Positions 13,620 to 26,139 are shown, numbered from the whole stretch's first letter. The stretch: DNA of 63,979 nucleotides, filler included, from Cercozoa sp. M6MM (GCA_040357565.1; 14 parts of 14 records of this genome joined end to end with filler, not necessarily neighbours in it); one strand, 5' to 3'. The notes: generated by a model from the letters alone, not told the origin. Made by a program: numbers and translations.

Positions 13620-13806
13620 GTGTCGGGCTATCGGTTCTTGTTCGGTTCGTCAGCGCCTGGAATGGGTCCGGTTGGTGAAGACCGGCACGTGCGTGCCTGG
13701 TGTCTCGGACTTTAAACTCCAAGGAGTGCCGGTGTGTCGGCATAAAGAGACGCCGGGAGTGCGCGCAGCGAGTGAAAGCACTGGATAAGACTGTGCGCTA
13801 CGACAC
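13620..13806 (+). ncRNA. Candidate structured RNA element (unclassified) upstream of the PPase gene
   Basis: Hand-folded nested helices with many G-U pairs; details in findings. Confidence 0.35.
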
Positions 13807-13907
13807 CTGTCAAGTTCGTTTGACTTGTCTTGTTTTGCGAGGTCTTGTGGTTTTCAATTCCTGTTTCGCCTGTTTCAACAGGATTCTACAGAAACTAACG
13901 ACAATCA

Positions 13908-16900
13908 ATGGACCTCGGAAGCAGCGGTGCCATTTCTTCACTCGCCACCATAGGAGCAGGCGTTCTGTTAGGCAGTATCACCGCCGTTACGTTCTTTTGC
14001 CGAGTTCGAGCAGTGCCGCTCACGAACGAGTAAGTTGATTTATCTCCGAACGCTCCTGTCGTCATGTTTTTAATTCAAAAACTGATCGATGCATGCGTGC
14101 GCAGTAAGTCTCATGCGTTGACCAAGATCGCGCCAGATGAAGGAGGCGAAGACATGCCGTCCGACGTGCCAGCACGACTATCCTCGCAGTCACCGATGGA
14201 ACGAGTGTTTGCTGTCTACGATGCTATCCAAGAGGGCGCTCGGTCGTTCTTGTCTGCCGAGTTGAAGTACATGACGCTGTTTGTCGTCGTGTTCGGTGTC
14301 ATCATCGCAGTTGTCATTGGGTTGTCTACGCAGGTACTTCTCTGCTCATGTATGACACATGTTTTACATGACACTGTAGTCCATTGAACGTGCTCTCGGT
14401 GTTGCATGTGCCTTCGCGGTTGGCTCTGGCACCAGTATGCTAGCCGGGTACATTGGCATGCGCGTGGCCGTGTTTTCGAATGGACGCACTGCACTCGAGT
14501 CGAAGCACTCGCTGGCACGAGGTTTTCAGCTTGGGTTCCAAGGTAAACTGACTTGAAGGAAATGCTGATTTATGCCTGTTACGGTAAATTTAGCAATATG
14601 TTCTGTACATTTTGTCCTATAGGCGGAGGTACCATGGGCTTTACGCTGGTGAGCATGGCGCTGCTGTCACTCACCGGAGTCACTCTTCTGTACCTCGGCG
14701 TTCTGTCGTCGCACACGTCGTTCGACACCAAGACAATCATGACAATCATTGCGGGATTCGGCATGGGAGCCTCCTCGGTGGCGCTGTTCAAGCGCGTAGG
14801 AGGTGGTATCTACACCAAAGCTGCCGATGTTGGCGCCGATTTGGTCGGAAAGGTCGAGGCCGGCATTCCCGAGGACGACCCGCGCAATCCGGCAACGATT
14901 GCCGACAACGTTGGTGACAATGTCGGCGATATCGCTGGCATGGGAGCCGACCTGTTTGGCTCCTTTGCAGGCAGCACCTGCGCGGCACAGGTGCTCATCG
15001 CTGACACCTCGATCGGAGCCTCTTGGCACATGGGAGGTCTGCTATTCCCTCTGGTATGTCAATACCCTCCTTCTCTCGACTGTTGTTGACATAGCTACCC
15101 CCATTCAGGCCGTGTCGGGAGTCGGACTCTTCAGCTGCGCTCTTGTGTCGCCCCTGGCGTCGCACTTCTCGTGCGTTGACCGGCCGAGCAAGATCAAGGG
15201 TGTTCTGAAGGCGCAGGAGCTGTTTGCTGCGCTTGTGTCGGTGCCTCTGCTCGCACTGTTGACGTACCTGGCCTTGCCGAGCGTCATCGTACTTGAGGGT
15301 GGCAATGGCATGCAAGTGCACCGCTGGCTTCTCTTTGGTTAGTTTCTTTATCCTCATGTGCCGTGTGTCTAAATTTAGATTTATCGTAAGTTTACGTAAA
15401 TTGTGTTGACAATGCAATTTACGTTTTGTTGGTGTGCAGCTTGCGTCTGCAGTGGTCTCGTGTGCGGTGTGCTGATCGGAATGATCACTGAGTGGTTTAC
15501 ATCGCATGCATACTCGCCTGTCCGTGACGTGGCGGAGTCGTGCCGGTACATATGCCTTCTCTGTGCTTTCTCTGTGTAAATTAAGTTTACAACTTTTGCT
15601 TTTGCGATAGAACCGGCGCCGCGACCAACATTATCTACGGTCTTGCCCTCGGCTACAAGAGCACCGTGCTTCCTGCAGGTTTTTTTCTTTTTTAACTCAG
15701 CAAGTGCAGACCGAGTACCTGACAGACAATAAACTGTGTTTCCTATGTGCCGTTAATGTGCAGTGTTGGTTGCTGCAACGCTGTATGGTTGCCACGCAAT
15801 GGCCCAGTTCCTCGGAGTCGCACTCGCTGTTTCATCTGCCCCAGTGCATGTATACCTGGTGTGTGAGTGTGAGCGTGTGTATGTATACAGGCGCTTGGCG
15901 TTCTCACAATCCTGGCGACCTCTCTGTCGGTCGACGCATACGGTCCAATCTGCGACAACGCTGGCGGCATCGCCGAGATGGCGTTCCTTGGCCAGGAGGT
16001 GCGCGACCGTACGGACGCACTGGATGCGGCAGGCAACACTACAGCCGCCATTGGCAAGGTACTCCCATGTAAACATCCGTTATGTCTCTAAATGCACTAT
16101 ACGTTTGTAGGGCTTTGCCATCGCTTCGGCGGCCCTAGTGTCGCTCGCGCTACTCGGTGCCTTTGTGGAGAACGTGCGTCCGGTCCCGGGCAAGCCTCCT
16201 TTGCACCATCGCAGCAGCATCTTGCATCCAGGCGTGTTCGCAGGCCTTCTGTTTGGAGCCATGCTGCCGTACCTGTTCTCGGCCATGACAATGAAGTCCG
16301 TCGGCAGCGCTGCCCTCGCTATGGTCGAGGAGGTGCGACGCCAGCTCGCTGCCGATCCGGGTATCCTGGAGGGCACCTCGAGACCCGACTATGCCCGCTG
16401 CATCGAAATTAGCACGCGCGCTTCGTTGCGCGAGATGGTGCTGCCTGGTGCCCTTGTAGTGCTCACGCCCGTCGTGATCGGCTTCCTGTTCGGTCCTCTG
16501 GTGCTTGCAGGTGCAATACTCCCTACCCAGGGATTTCGACGGACTGATGAGTGTCGGCGTATGCTTGCATGCGTTTATGTGTAGGCGTCCTTGCTGGCGC
16601 TGTGAGCAGTGGAGTGCACATGGCAGTCTCCATGAGCAACACTGGCGGTGCCTGGGACAATGCCAAAAAGTACATCGAGGCAGGCTGCTTGCTTAGTGGC
16701 ACGAGGTATGATCCAGCACTCAAATCGTTGTACACTGACTACGTATTCACACCCTCCCTGCAGCGACGAGGAAGGCGGTGACATTACGTGTGGCAAGGGC
16801 AGTCCGGAGCACGTGGCTGCAGTGACAGGTGACACTGTTGGAGACCCTCTCAAGGACACCTCCGGACCGGCCCTGAACATCCTGATGAAACTGATGGCAA

Positions 16901-16962
16901 TTATTGCGCTGGTCTTCGCGAGCAGCTTCCTGCCAGCTGGCGCAGGAGACCAATTCCAGTAA
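13908..16962 (+). CDS. Membrane-integral pyrophosphatase (V-PPase family), K+-dependent type, complete, ~12 exons
   Basis: [73 protein letters not shown] (Ala form indicates K+ dependence), [38 protein letters not shown] at 13908, TAA at 16960-16962. Confidence 0.96.
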
Positions 16963-17251
16963 CATCGGTCGCAATCGATCAATTCAAGGCCATGCCTAGC
17001 CTCAGGCACTGCATGCGGTCAGTCTTGCTGTAAGGAATCGGAATCGCAAATGCTACTACACGGCATGACCTACCCAAATATTTTCACGGTGGTAAGAGCA
17101 CACGCGCGCACTTTGTCATGCCCTATACTTCTAAGTGACGATTGGGTATGAAGTCAACTGCCCTCAGCTGAGTTAGTATGTAGGGTATCGTTGTAGTCTA
17201 CATAGAAAGAATACGTAAAACGCAACGTAAACACGATATTCAATCAATCCC

Positions 17252-17334
17252 AGCGGGCGGTGGACTACGGCCATGCACTTTGTGACCCACCTCAGGACTA
17301 GTGCTGGTGCAGCTGGTTTTTCTAAACTGAATTA
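17252..17334 (+). repeat. Dispersed short repeat element, copy A
   Basis: agcgggcggtggactacggccatgcactttgtgacccacctcaggactagtgc aligns with 50013-50062 and with the minus-strand copy at 25530-25611. Confidence 0.75.
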
Positions 17335-17923
17335 TGTTACCGCAGCCCTCTCAGATAGGCATCAGGCCTTGGTAAATTTATTGAGGGCACTTTGCCAGTG
17401 ATTAAAAAAACTAGGGAAAGTAAGAAGGTCTGTTCTTGGAGGGAGAATGGCCAAGAGTCAGTTTGAAAGAGTGAGATACCCAACGGTTCAGTTGGGCGGC
17501 AAGCACTGGTGGACGGGAAAGACACCCGTCAGATGTAAAAGGGTTTTTGAGACGGAAAGGCGTCATCGGAACTGAGTGGTGAGGATTCGGAAGTACTTGA
17601 GTTGGCATGAAGTAAAGAAGAGGAAAGAAGAAAGAAGGGCCTCTGGGAAGACAAAAGACGGGTAGAAGCGGAGACAACTGGTCCAGAGAGATCAGATTAC
17701 CACCTGGTCGAGAGAGAGCCTTTTTTTTGAGTTCAGCTGCAACAGCTTGCTCAAGGCTTCCCTACTCAAACACAGGTGTTCCACAGTCTGGACTGAAGCT
17801 CTCAGTAGGTCAGGATACCACGCCAGCGAACACACGTCAAAATCTTCCGCACCTCTCTTGAGGTTTTTGTTAGTCTTAAAGTGCGGTGGCTTCCGCACGG
17901 ATACAGTAGATAATGCTGTCACA
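17335..17923 (-). mobile_element. Solo-LTR-like insertion (~589 bp)
   Basis: TGTTAC...GTCACA termini (TG..CA, 5/6 inverted match), flanks atta/acta, AATAAA on the minus strand at 17377-17382, no convincing ORF. It splits repeat copy A from its (AACT)-rich tail. Confidence 0.5.
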
Positions 17924-18106
17924 ACTAACTCGACTAACTATTCAACCAATTAATCTAATCAATCATTCCATACATCCGATGGTTCCTGTTCATCGAGACG
18001 GCTTAGTCTTCGCTTGTGTCAGTGTTGCGTCTCGTCTGATCACTGAGCTTCGTTCCAAACGGAAGTCCACCAAGTTACTACCAAGAGAAAGTTTCCAGTT
18101 TACTTG

Positions 18107-18226
18107 TCAAGTACACAACGATGAGCAAACAAATAGGGCACGACTTACAATCGGGAGCATTCCCTTCGACTTCTTCCAAATGAGGTAGCCCCAGTCTGCA
18201 ATACAATGACAACAGTGCGTGTGCGT

Positions 18227-18283
<57 letters not shown>

Positions 18284-18293
18284 NNNNNNNNNN

Positions 18294-18342
<49 letters not shown>

Positions 18343-18617
18343 GGGAACGTACAGATCGACCAGAGCCATCCGACAAGGAAAACCGCGAGGAAAAACTGGA
18401 GGACACCGATGATCATTGTGTCAGTTTTGCCTTCCGTGGCACCGCTAAAAGCACACGAGTCTCATATAACTACACGGGAGCGAGGTGCATTCTTAGAGTG
18501 TGTATGATACGCCAGGAGAGTGCCGATGCCGGGCAGAAAGATGTCCAGGATGAAGCTGCAAAGCAACGGATGACCATTAAAGAACAGAGCAAATAGACGG
18601 TACCAAATAACGCCCAT
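18107..18617 (-). CDS. Stum/SPEC3-family small membrane protein
   Basis: MGVIWYRLFALFFNGHPLLCSFILDIFLPGIGTLLA|GATEGKTDTMIIGVLQFFLAVFLVGWLWSI|YWGYLIWKKS matches the family pattern PGxGT...GxLQ...GWxWSIxWG. Confidence 0.8.
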
Positions 18618-19191
18618 GGTTTCAGAGACCTTGGGGACGCGTCGCGTCTTAATCTGTGAGTGGGTAAGAGGTATCCGAATTAACAAAGGAGAACGGCTTA
18701 CCGTCACAAGGAGCGAAGCCGTGCCCATTGCGTCTTCCTATACGCTGCACACAATCACGAAACACGAAACGCAATCACGGACAACAGTGGGTCACTGCGC
18801 ATGTGGTTTTTGATCGTTCCCAGCCCAGCCAGCGCAGAAAGATTGGGCCAAGTGAGTCAAAGCCCTTTAGCAGGCATTGTTAAACGTAGGCGCTGAGCCT
18901 AGAAGCCAAGAAACAGCACTGCACCTTGTGTTGAACTTGTCCAAACAAACACGCGACAAAGTTGTCTGTTGTTGGGTTGAGTTTCTTTTCTTTAAATTTC
19001 TGTCCAAACATACTTATCGATAGCATTTTTAATGTTGTTGGTGAAGCTACTGTACTGTACTGTGGTAGCAGAGACATCCACACCACTTTAATACCAACCA
19101 TCTCAATATTTGGTGGTGTTTCTGCCGCTAGAACGTTGTGGCGTTGCTCCAGTGCAAGTACCGTTCATTTTGACGGGCGTGCCTGAGTGGC

Positions 19192-21177
19192 ATGGAGCTG
19201 CGAGACAGCGAAATTCGCCCTGGTGTTCGAGTCGATGTACGTCCATACAGTCCACGTATGCGTGCAAGTTGTAAGCACATATTTTTGTATTAGGCACTGT
19301 TCGATGACACACTCGGGTGGCAAGCAGCGCACGTTCAGACGACGCGCGAGGTCGGAGAGCACAGGGAGTACTACGTCGCCTTTCGAGACTTTGACGCGTA
19401 GCCTTGCCAAACAAGTTTTTGCTATTGAGTTCTGTGGATGTTACAGAGGCATGTGAGCAGTCGAAATGACAAGTGGGTCACGCTGGGACAGTTGCGATGG
19501 CCGTCACTTTGGGGCTTCCGTCCACCAAACGAGGCAGATGAACAGGTCGTTTTTTTTGCTTCTTCCTGCCTACATCTACGTGTGTTAGTATCGCTCAATT
19601 GCTTTTGACCCACAGCAAGCGCCGCAGCAGGACACTCAAGCTGTCACACGGAAACGGACGCGCGGTCAGGCGTCGCTCGAACCCGCACCTGCAGCGACAC
19701 AGGACATGTCCTTACAGGTACCACTATCTCACGATGGTGCGCCCACTGTTTTCTTGTGCACAATCTATGCTCTATGTCTTTTTCTCTGAACGCAGGCGCA
19801 AGAACGAAGCTACGCCTCGGCGAATCGCGTGAAAAACATTGCCGAAATTGTGCTTGGCTCAGGTAGTGTTTGGCTGTGAGTGTGCCTTGTTTCATGTGAC
19901 CCTATGTACACCTGTTGTTGTGTACGTGTAGTTCGAGTAGACGCGTGGTACTTTGCACCATTTCCCGCAGACTTTGGACGCCGCAGGCGACTGTACGTGT
20001 GTCCCTGCTGTCTTAAATACATGCGCTGGGCTGACACCTACCGTACGCGTTTCCGTATTCGTGTGAAGTGGTGTAGGTGATGTATATGTATCACTGTGTG
20101 CAGGCAAGCACCTTAAGTCATGCGCTGCACGCAACTTGAGGCCACCAGGCGCCGAGATCTACCGTGACACCAACGTGTCGGTGATGGAACTCGACGGCGC
20201 CACTCACACGCTGTACGCGCAGAACCTCTCGCTGCTCAGCAAACTCTTCCTGGACCACAAGACGGTGTACTTTGACGTGGCACCCTTCAACTTCTACTGC
20301 CTGTACGAAACGGAAGAGGTACCTAAGACAGCGCCTGGCTACACTGTCGTTGCGCCCTCTGTGTGGGCAAAACCGCCACCCCCTCCTCCCAAATCAAAGG
20401 TAGTACATTGGCTGTCGCTTGTGTGTTTGTTGTGTGACCCGAGGTACACCTGTGCTTGTGTGTTTCTTGAGCGCAGAAAACGAAACGAGTTTTTCGTCTG
20501 CGTGGCTTCTTCAGCAAGGTACGCACTGACTGAGTCAGCTTGGGGTGGGGGTGTGCTTTATATGCTTGTGTGGCACCCAACAGGAAAAGAGTCCCCGGTG
20601 CGGCAACAATCTCGCTTGCATCCTCGTGTTTCCGTTCGCTCAGCGCAAAGGCTATGGCCGCTTCCTCATGGGCCTTTGTGCGTTTCCTTTTGACATACAC
20701 ACACACACACACACACCTACACATACACGGTTGATGGGGAGTGTTGTTCCTGCAGCCTACGCACTCTCGATGAGAGCGGGCAAACTCGGCTCGCCAGAGC
20801 GGCCGCTGAGCGACCTCGGACGGCGTGCTTATCACCGCTTCTGGGCGCACCGCCTGCTGGATTCTCTGCTCTCGACGCAACTACGCAACGACGAGCAGGC
20901 GGTAGTGCCGGTGGTCGAGGTGGCGCACAAGTGTGGCATGACCGAACGCGATGCCGTGGCGGCCCTGCAAAAACTTGGACTCGTCAGATGGCGCCGCGGT
21001 CGCCACGAACTCGTCTGCTCGGCCGCTACAGCACGTGACTTGCTCGCACAGTTTGCGCCAAAGCCTGGTACCTATTTGTGGTCAGCGACAGCCTCAAACC
21101 CATGTATCGATACCCCCGAGCCGTGTTATTTGTTGACAGAGCACACTCAATTTGACGAAAGCAAGATGCTCCTTTAA
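19192..21177 (+). CDS. MYST-family histone acetyltransferase with N-terminal Tudor-knot (Esa1/MOF/HAM-like)
   Basis: Chromobarrel [10 protein letters not shown]|[17 protein letters not shown]2HC finger [67 protein letters not shown] (catalytic Glu intact). Confidence 0.95.
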
Positions 21178-21491
21178 TGTACTAAAGCTACCGTACAGCA
21201 CACGGGCTACGCGGAGTACGATTTGCAGTGGTACAGTACTGCGTCGCGTTTCAATGTCGTCAGCGTCACACCGTCGCGTCACAAGCGTTTGAAGTACCAC
21301 GCCATATGATACGTCACGTGATTAATGTTGCATTGGGTGCGTGGCTATGGCCATGGATAAACGTAAACGAAAATGATTCAAACTAAACGAGTGACGGTGA
21401 CGGGGGGGGGGTGGGGGAGGTCTCGTCTACAGTTTCGGTAACTCACGAGTGACGACCCACTCGTCACAGTCACTCTGTTGTTTGCGATCCG

Positions 21492-24039
21492 ACCACACGT
21501 CGTCGAACCTCTTCCACACGGTGCCTATTGTTAAACCAGATACCACGATAATGCGTGAATGCATGCAGTACATCGGGTGTTTACCGTACTGCAGAATTAG
21601 AACAGAAAAGGCGGCGTGCTGCTTTTAAAATGACGAGTATCTTTCGCGTGTATCGTACTATGGGTTCGTGGGTCAGAATGCCACCTACCAAAGTTGCTCG
21701 GTATCGCGCTTGCATTTCTGCCTCTGTTTCTTGGTCATCTCTATTCGTAAACTTAAATGAGTAATTGATTAACAAAAGTCCCCCGGCCAGAAAAATAGGT
21801 TTTGCAGAAAGATGTATTAAATTTACGAAGATGTGTCTCGAGTCGCCTGCCAAACTACGGGTGCCAGTCGCGTCTGCAAAGACACTCATGTGTCCAAACG
21901 GAGGTTGCAGAAACTGCGTTTCGGCTCTCAAGTACTTACACGCACCTTCACAAACTTCCGAAATGAAGTCGCGAGCTTTTCTACTGCTCGCATTCGTATA
22001 GATACTACGTAGTGTCGCGAGACATATGTAGGCACTTACCTCGTTCAAGGTCGCGAGACATCTGTAGGCACACCTCTCTGTGACACAGCAATTCAAAGAT
22101 GCGACGCACCTGCGTTAGTGGCACTCTCCTAAATCAAAAGCACTTCGGCATCTAAGTTTAAACTTAGTACTCCAGTAAATACAGTCAGTATCCCTAGGTA
22201 AAATGTACATAGTGCACTGCGCTTTCCGTGCCATTTGATCATTCCACATGTCTGCTCGGAACACCACCTTGCTGTGGGGTTTGTCCGCTTCTTGCTCAAG
22301 TGTTTGAACACCAAACGCGTTCAGCACCTAATAGGCAAAGACACGATATGACTGATAGGATTATTTAAATCGAACTTGGAACTTAACAGATCTAGAGGAC
22401 ACATTTACAAACTGAACGGAAGTGGACTCAGTAACTTAATACTGTACCAAAGCACAGTGCAGTCCCTCGATGTCACGCGTTGTTTGCATCGCACAGTTCG
22501 GTGACTCGACACTCAACAGAACGGGTGTGCATTGGCCGGGTCTACTCTCCCGCAGGTGCCCGCTATGCACGTGGTGTTGCGCCCACTGCAGCAAGAGGCG
22601 GCCCTGTCCAAAACCGCAAGCATCAATACGTATCAAATGGATATAAGTTACAGGACAGGCCGTATGTTAAACAAAGCTGGGATTTTTTGTATTTTAAACT
22701 GCCAGATTACGTAGGCACGACCGCGAAAAGGCGGAAGGACGAGGATTTGAGACTACAGTACACATAACCCCCATAAAGTGTTTCCACTTTTACTCACCAA
22801 ACACAACTGGTGCATACTGTAAATTACCAGCCGCATTAACTCAAGTTGGTTGTTGTCATGTTGACTGACGATGGGAAAGTGGTAGACTGCGCACTCAAAG
22901 CGTAAGGGCCCTAATTTATGTGCCAACTGGGCAAGAGGAGCACAATTTAAATTTAAATTTTACACGTAGCAAAGGCAACAAGTTCCTCCTTTCTTCGTGT
23001 CGGCGTGTCGGTGATTCTCACGAGCCATGCGAGCGACCACCTGACAGCGGGTGCCACAAAATTTGCGCTTTCTACAACAATTATATTGGGTTCAAAAACC
23101 GAAATGAAACCAATCTCAAAACGACACCAATGAAAAAAGGCAGGAGGCGCTGAAGCCGCGAATGGAACTCGGCGATTTGAAGCGTTGGCGCATGGTATAG
23201 CTGAAGGGATTCGAGCTCCGCCTTGGTGCAGAGCTCTGTTCCAATCTGATGCCGCTGCCGCAAAGTAGCCACTTCAAACTGGCGCCACTGATCCGAACTG
23301 TGCTCGTTCGATTTGAACTGTGCTCGTTCTTCTGCATTGTCGTGGTACAGAGCGCCTGGAACTGCCTTTAAGAGTGCTGCTTTGACTGCATCGGCACCTT
23401 CGCGATCCTTGCCAATTTGTGTCACTCTGACCAAAGAGTGCATCGTCGGTTGCGACAGCTGTATCTCGACCTTGCCTCTAAATTTTTTAAATACATTATT
23501 TATGATCATGCGGGAGAGCACCGGATCTCGACAATTCGACTGTGCCCCGGTAGTGGTTTCGTACCTTTGACACGGCTCGGGAAATACTCGGTGAGCGAAT
23601 GCGCACGAGCTAGCCGGAATGACGTCGCCAAATTGCAGAAAGGTGCTGCGATTCATACCCGCGATCGAGGGCGACTCTGTTTATAAGCGGTTTTGCACCT
23701 TTCAAAAGGTTCCAACACGCTAAACCTCTAGCCCCGCAGAAGGACCAACACTGATACTGTCGACAGCATCGACAAGAAAAACTGTATTTTTCTGTTCGCG
23801 TTAAAAACCATAAAACGAGCAAAAGGCGCTTCTTGTCTTTTAATTTTTACAATGGTCATCTTATGATCAAAAATCGGCAGCCGGCTGGAAGTTCTGTGGC
23901 TGGAAAGTGCTAAAGCCGCCAGATTCTTGAACAAATAAACTAGGACGCAGATCCTCGACCAAATAACTGGGGTGCCAGCGCCAGATCCTTGACCAAATCA
24001 ACCAGGTTGAGTGCCAAATACGTTGTCTGACGTGTGGTG
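21492..24039 (-). mobile_element. Possible decayed DNA transposon (hAT-like?)
   Basis: AT-richer island with broken minus-strand ORFs. One segment, HMSVFADATGTRSL...FVNLIHLSAKPIFL, is reminiscent of the first catalytic Asp region of hAT transposases. Three 17-bp subterminal-like repeats at ~23920-23998. No TSD found. Confidence 0.25.
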
Positions 24040-24120
24040 AGCCCGGTGTAAAGCTGTATGAATGTCCGATTTTGAATGATGCCGGGAGTTGTTTTTTGGC
24101 TTGTATTTTTTTTTGTTCAG

Positions 24121-25245
24121 ATGCTGCACCGAAAGCGTCGACGGAGACGGGTCGACGGCTCGTATATTCCATGGTGGCTTACTTTGCTCCACGACTTCTG
24201 TATTCATGTGCACTGCGCTGCACGGTGTGTTTTTCTTACAGCATCCAGCCCGACACGGAGCTCGAAGACCGGCGCCAGAGACAAATGGTACGCAATCACG
24301 CAATCACATGTAGGTTTTCGTGACTGGGCTTGTTGGCATGTTTGTTCCCTCAGGAAAAACGCAGACAACTCATGCTAGACACAGAGCTGGAATCGCGGAA
24401 GCGCGGTATGTTCTTTGCCTGTCTGTGTCATCGTTGTTGCGTTCATCTTCTACGTCGGTTTTTGACTGTCGCAGAGCAAAAGAGGTTGATGGAGGAGCGC
24501 AGCAACAACCAAATGATTGCTATGCCACAGCTCACCGCGACAGTGAGACCGCCGTCGCAGGTACACTGCGCTCGCGTTTGGCTGTGGCTGTCCTTTTTGA
24601 TAAACGACTATCATATGCTCAGGTGCAAGAGGCGAATCCTCCGAGCGCGCTGATGTTGCCACAAGGACACAGAGAGGGATTGCCTGTGTCGCCCTTTTCG
24701 CTCAAACTCGACGAGTCGCGCATGGACACTGACGCGCAGGAGCGCGAGAACGAGTCCTCAACAGCCAGCGTGGCGCACAGATACGACTACGCCGTGTCGA
24801 CCATGCGGTCGAGTTTGCTGTCAGAGGTAGCCATCTGCCCTAATGCTTGGTCTTGTGCGCGTGTGTGTGTGTGTGTGTGTGTGTAGGTGTGTGTGCGTGT
24901 GTGTGTGTGTGGGTGTGTGTGCGTGCGTGTGTGTGTATATGTATATATTTGCAGCAAATCCCATCAAATCAGTGTGGGCCACTGGCTGCGCGCTTGCGGC
25001 GCATGGCGGTGCAGGACATGCACTACCCTGCCGTTGGTGGCGCGTCCAGTATCTTTGGCAGCATTGGGCAATCGTCGCAAGTGCCCTCCTTTGTGGGCGC
25101 AAGTGAGCCACACGGCACGGGCAGTAGCGTCGGCAGCAACAGCAGTCGCAGCAGCCGCAGCCGCAGTCACAACAGCGAGCAGCCGATGATGACGGACGGC
25201 GATTCACCCAAGCACACCGCGATGGGCCTGCTGCACTTACACTGA
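24121..25245 (+). CDS. Hypothetical low-complexity protein
   Basis: Consistent GT-AG exon chain IQPDTELEDRRQRQM|EKRRQLMLDTELESRKR|EQKRLMEERS...|VQEANPP...|QIPSNQ...MGLLHLH*. Confidence 0.55.
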
Positions 25246-25529
25246 ACAGTCACAAACCCTCCCACTGGTCTGTGTGTCCCCAGTCCATCAGCAGTCACAC
25301 GATCAGCCATCATTTCGTCCTTTTCGCTCCGCTCCATGCGACTCGTCTTGTAAACTCCTATCGTATCATTCCCTGTTGTAAGCCACATGCGGTGGACGCG
25401 GCCTTACGTTGTCCATCCGGTCCCTTCGTGCAAGAAACGCACGGCAAACTGAACCATCATCGCATGATAGCCCCCGCCCGGCCTGCTCCCGTCCGCGCGC
25501 GGCACCTGTATGCGCAAGAACTAGCGGTT

Positions 25530-25611
25530 CGGTCTACTAAGAAACCAACTATTTAGTTCACCTGTACCGGTCCTGTATGGCTGTAGCCCACCGTCCGCTA
25601 GGGTGGGCCAT
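25530..25611 (-). repeat. Dispersed short repeat element, copy B
   Basis: Reverse complement atggcccaccctagcggacggtgggctacagccat...caggaccggtacaggtgaactaaatagttggtttct aligns with 49999-50086. Confidence 0.7.
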
Positions 25612-25861
25612 CTAACCCATTTTGATCTGAAGCGAAGCCCCCCAAGACCTTCGCTTCTTCAAAGTTAGTACCAAGCGCAGTGACTACTTACGCTGCTAAG
25701 TGCCGCGCTCTAATCACCAGCTAAGTGCATGTGACCGAACATATTTACGTTCGTCTTTACGTTAGAATTTAATCCCAGTCCGATCGTATACAAAAAGTAG
25801 TATTCAGTTTTGCCAGTCGGTCCGTCGTTTCGTTTTCGTTCCGTTCAGTTCGGCTTCAATG

Positions 25862-25965
25862 CTACTTGGCGACGACGATGGCCCGAACAAGTGCGACAGT
25901 CTCTTGCACAACACCTGCAGCACGGCCAAAACAACACACCCCTATGGCACACTCCGCGGCACCAG

Positions 25966-26023
<58 letters not shown>

Positions 26024-26063
26024 GAACACACACACCGAACACACACACCGAACACACACACCG

Positions 26064-26139
<76 letters not shown>

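Noticed and set aside
13703-13722. tRNA-like anticodon arm gga-ctttaaa-ctcc (suppressor or Sec tRNA)
   Set aside because: No T-loop (TTCRA), acceptor stem or D-arm in the right geometry.
21389-21475. MITE-like imperfect inverted repeat gagtgacggtgacg / cgtcacagtcactc
   Set aside because: Short, low-complexity gtgac-based match with no TSD.
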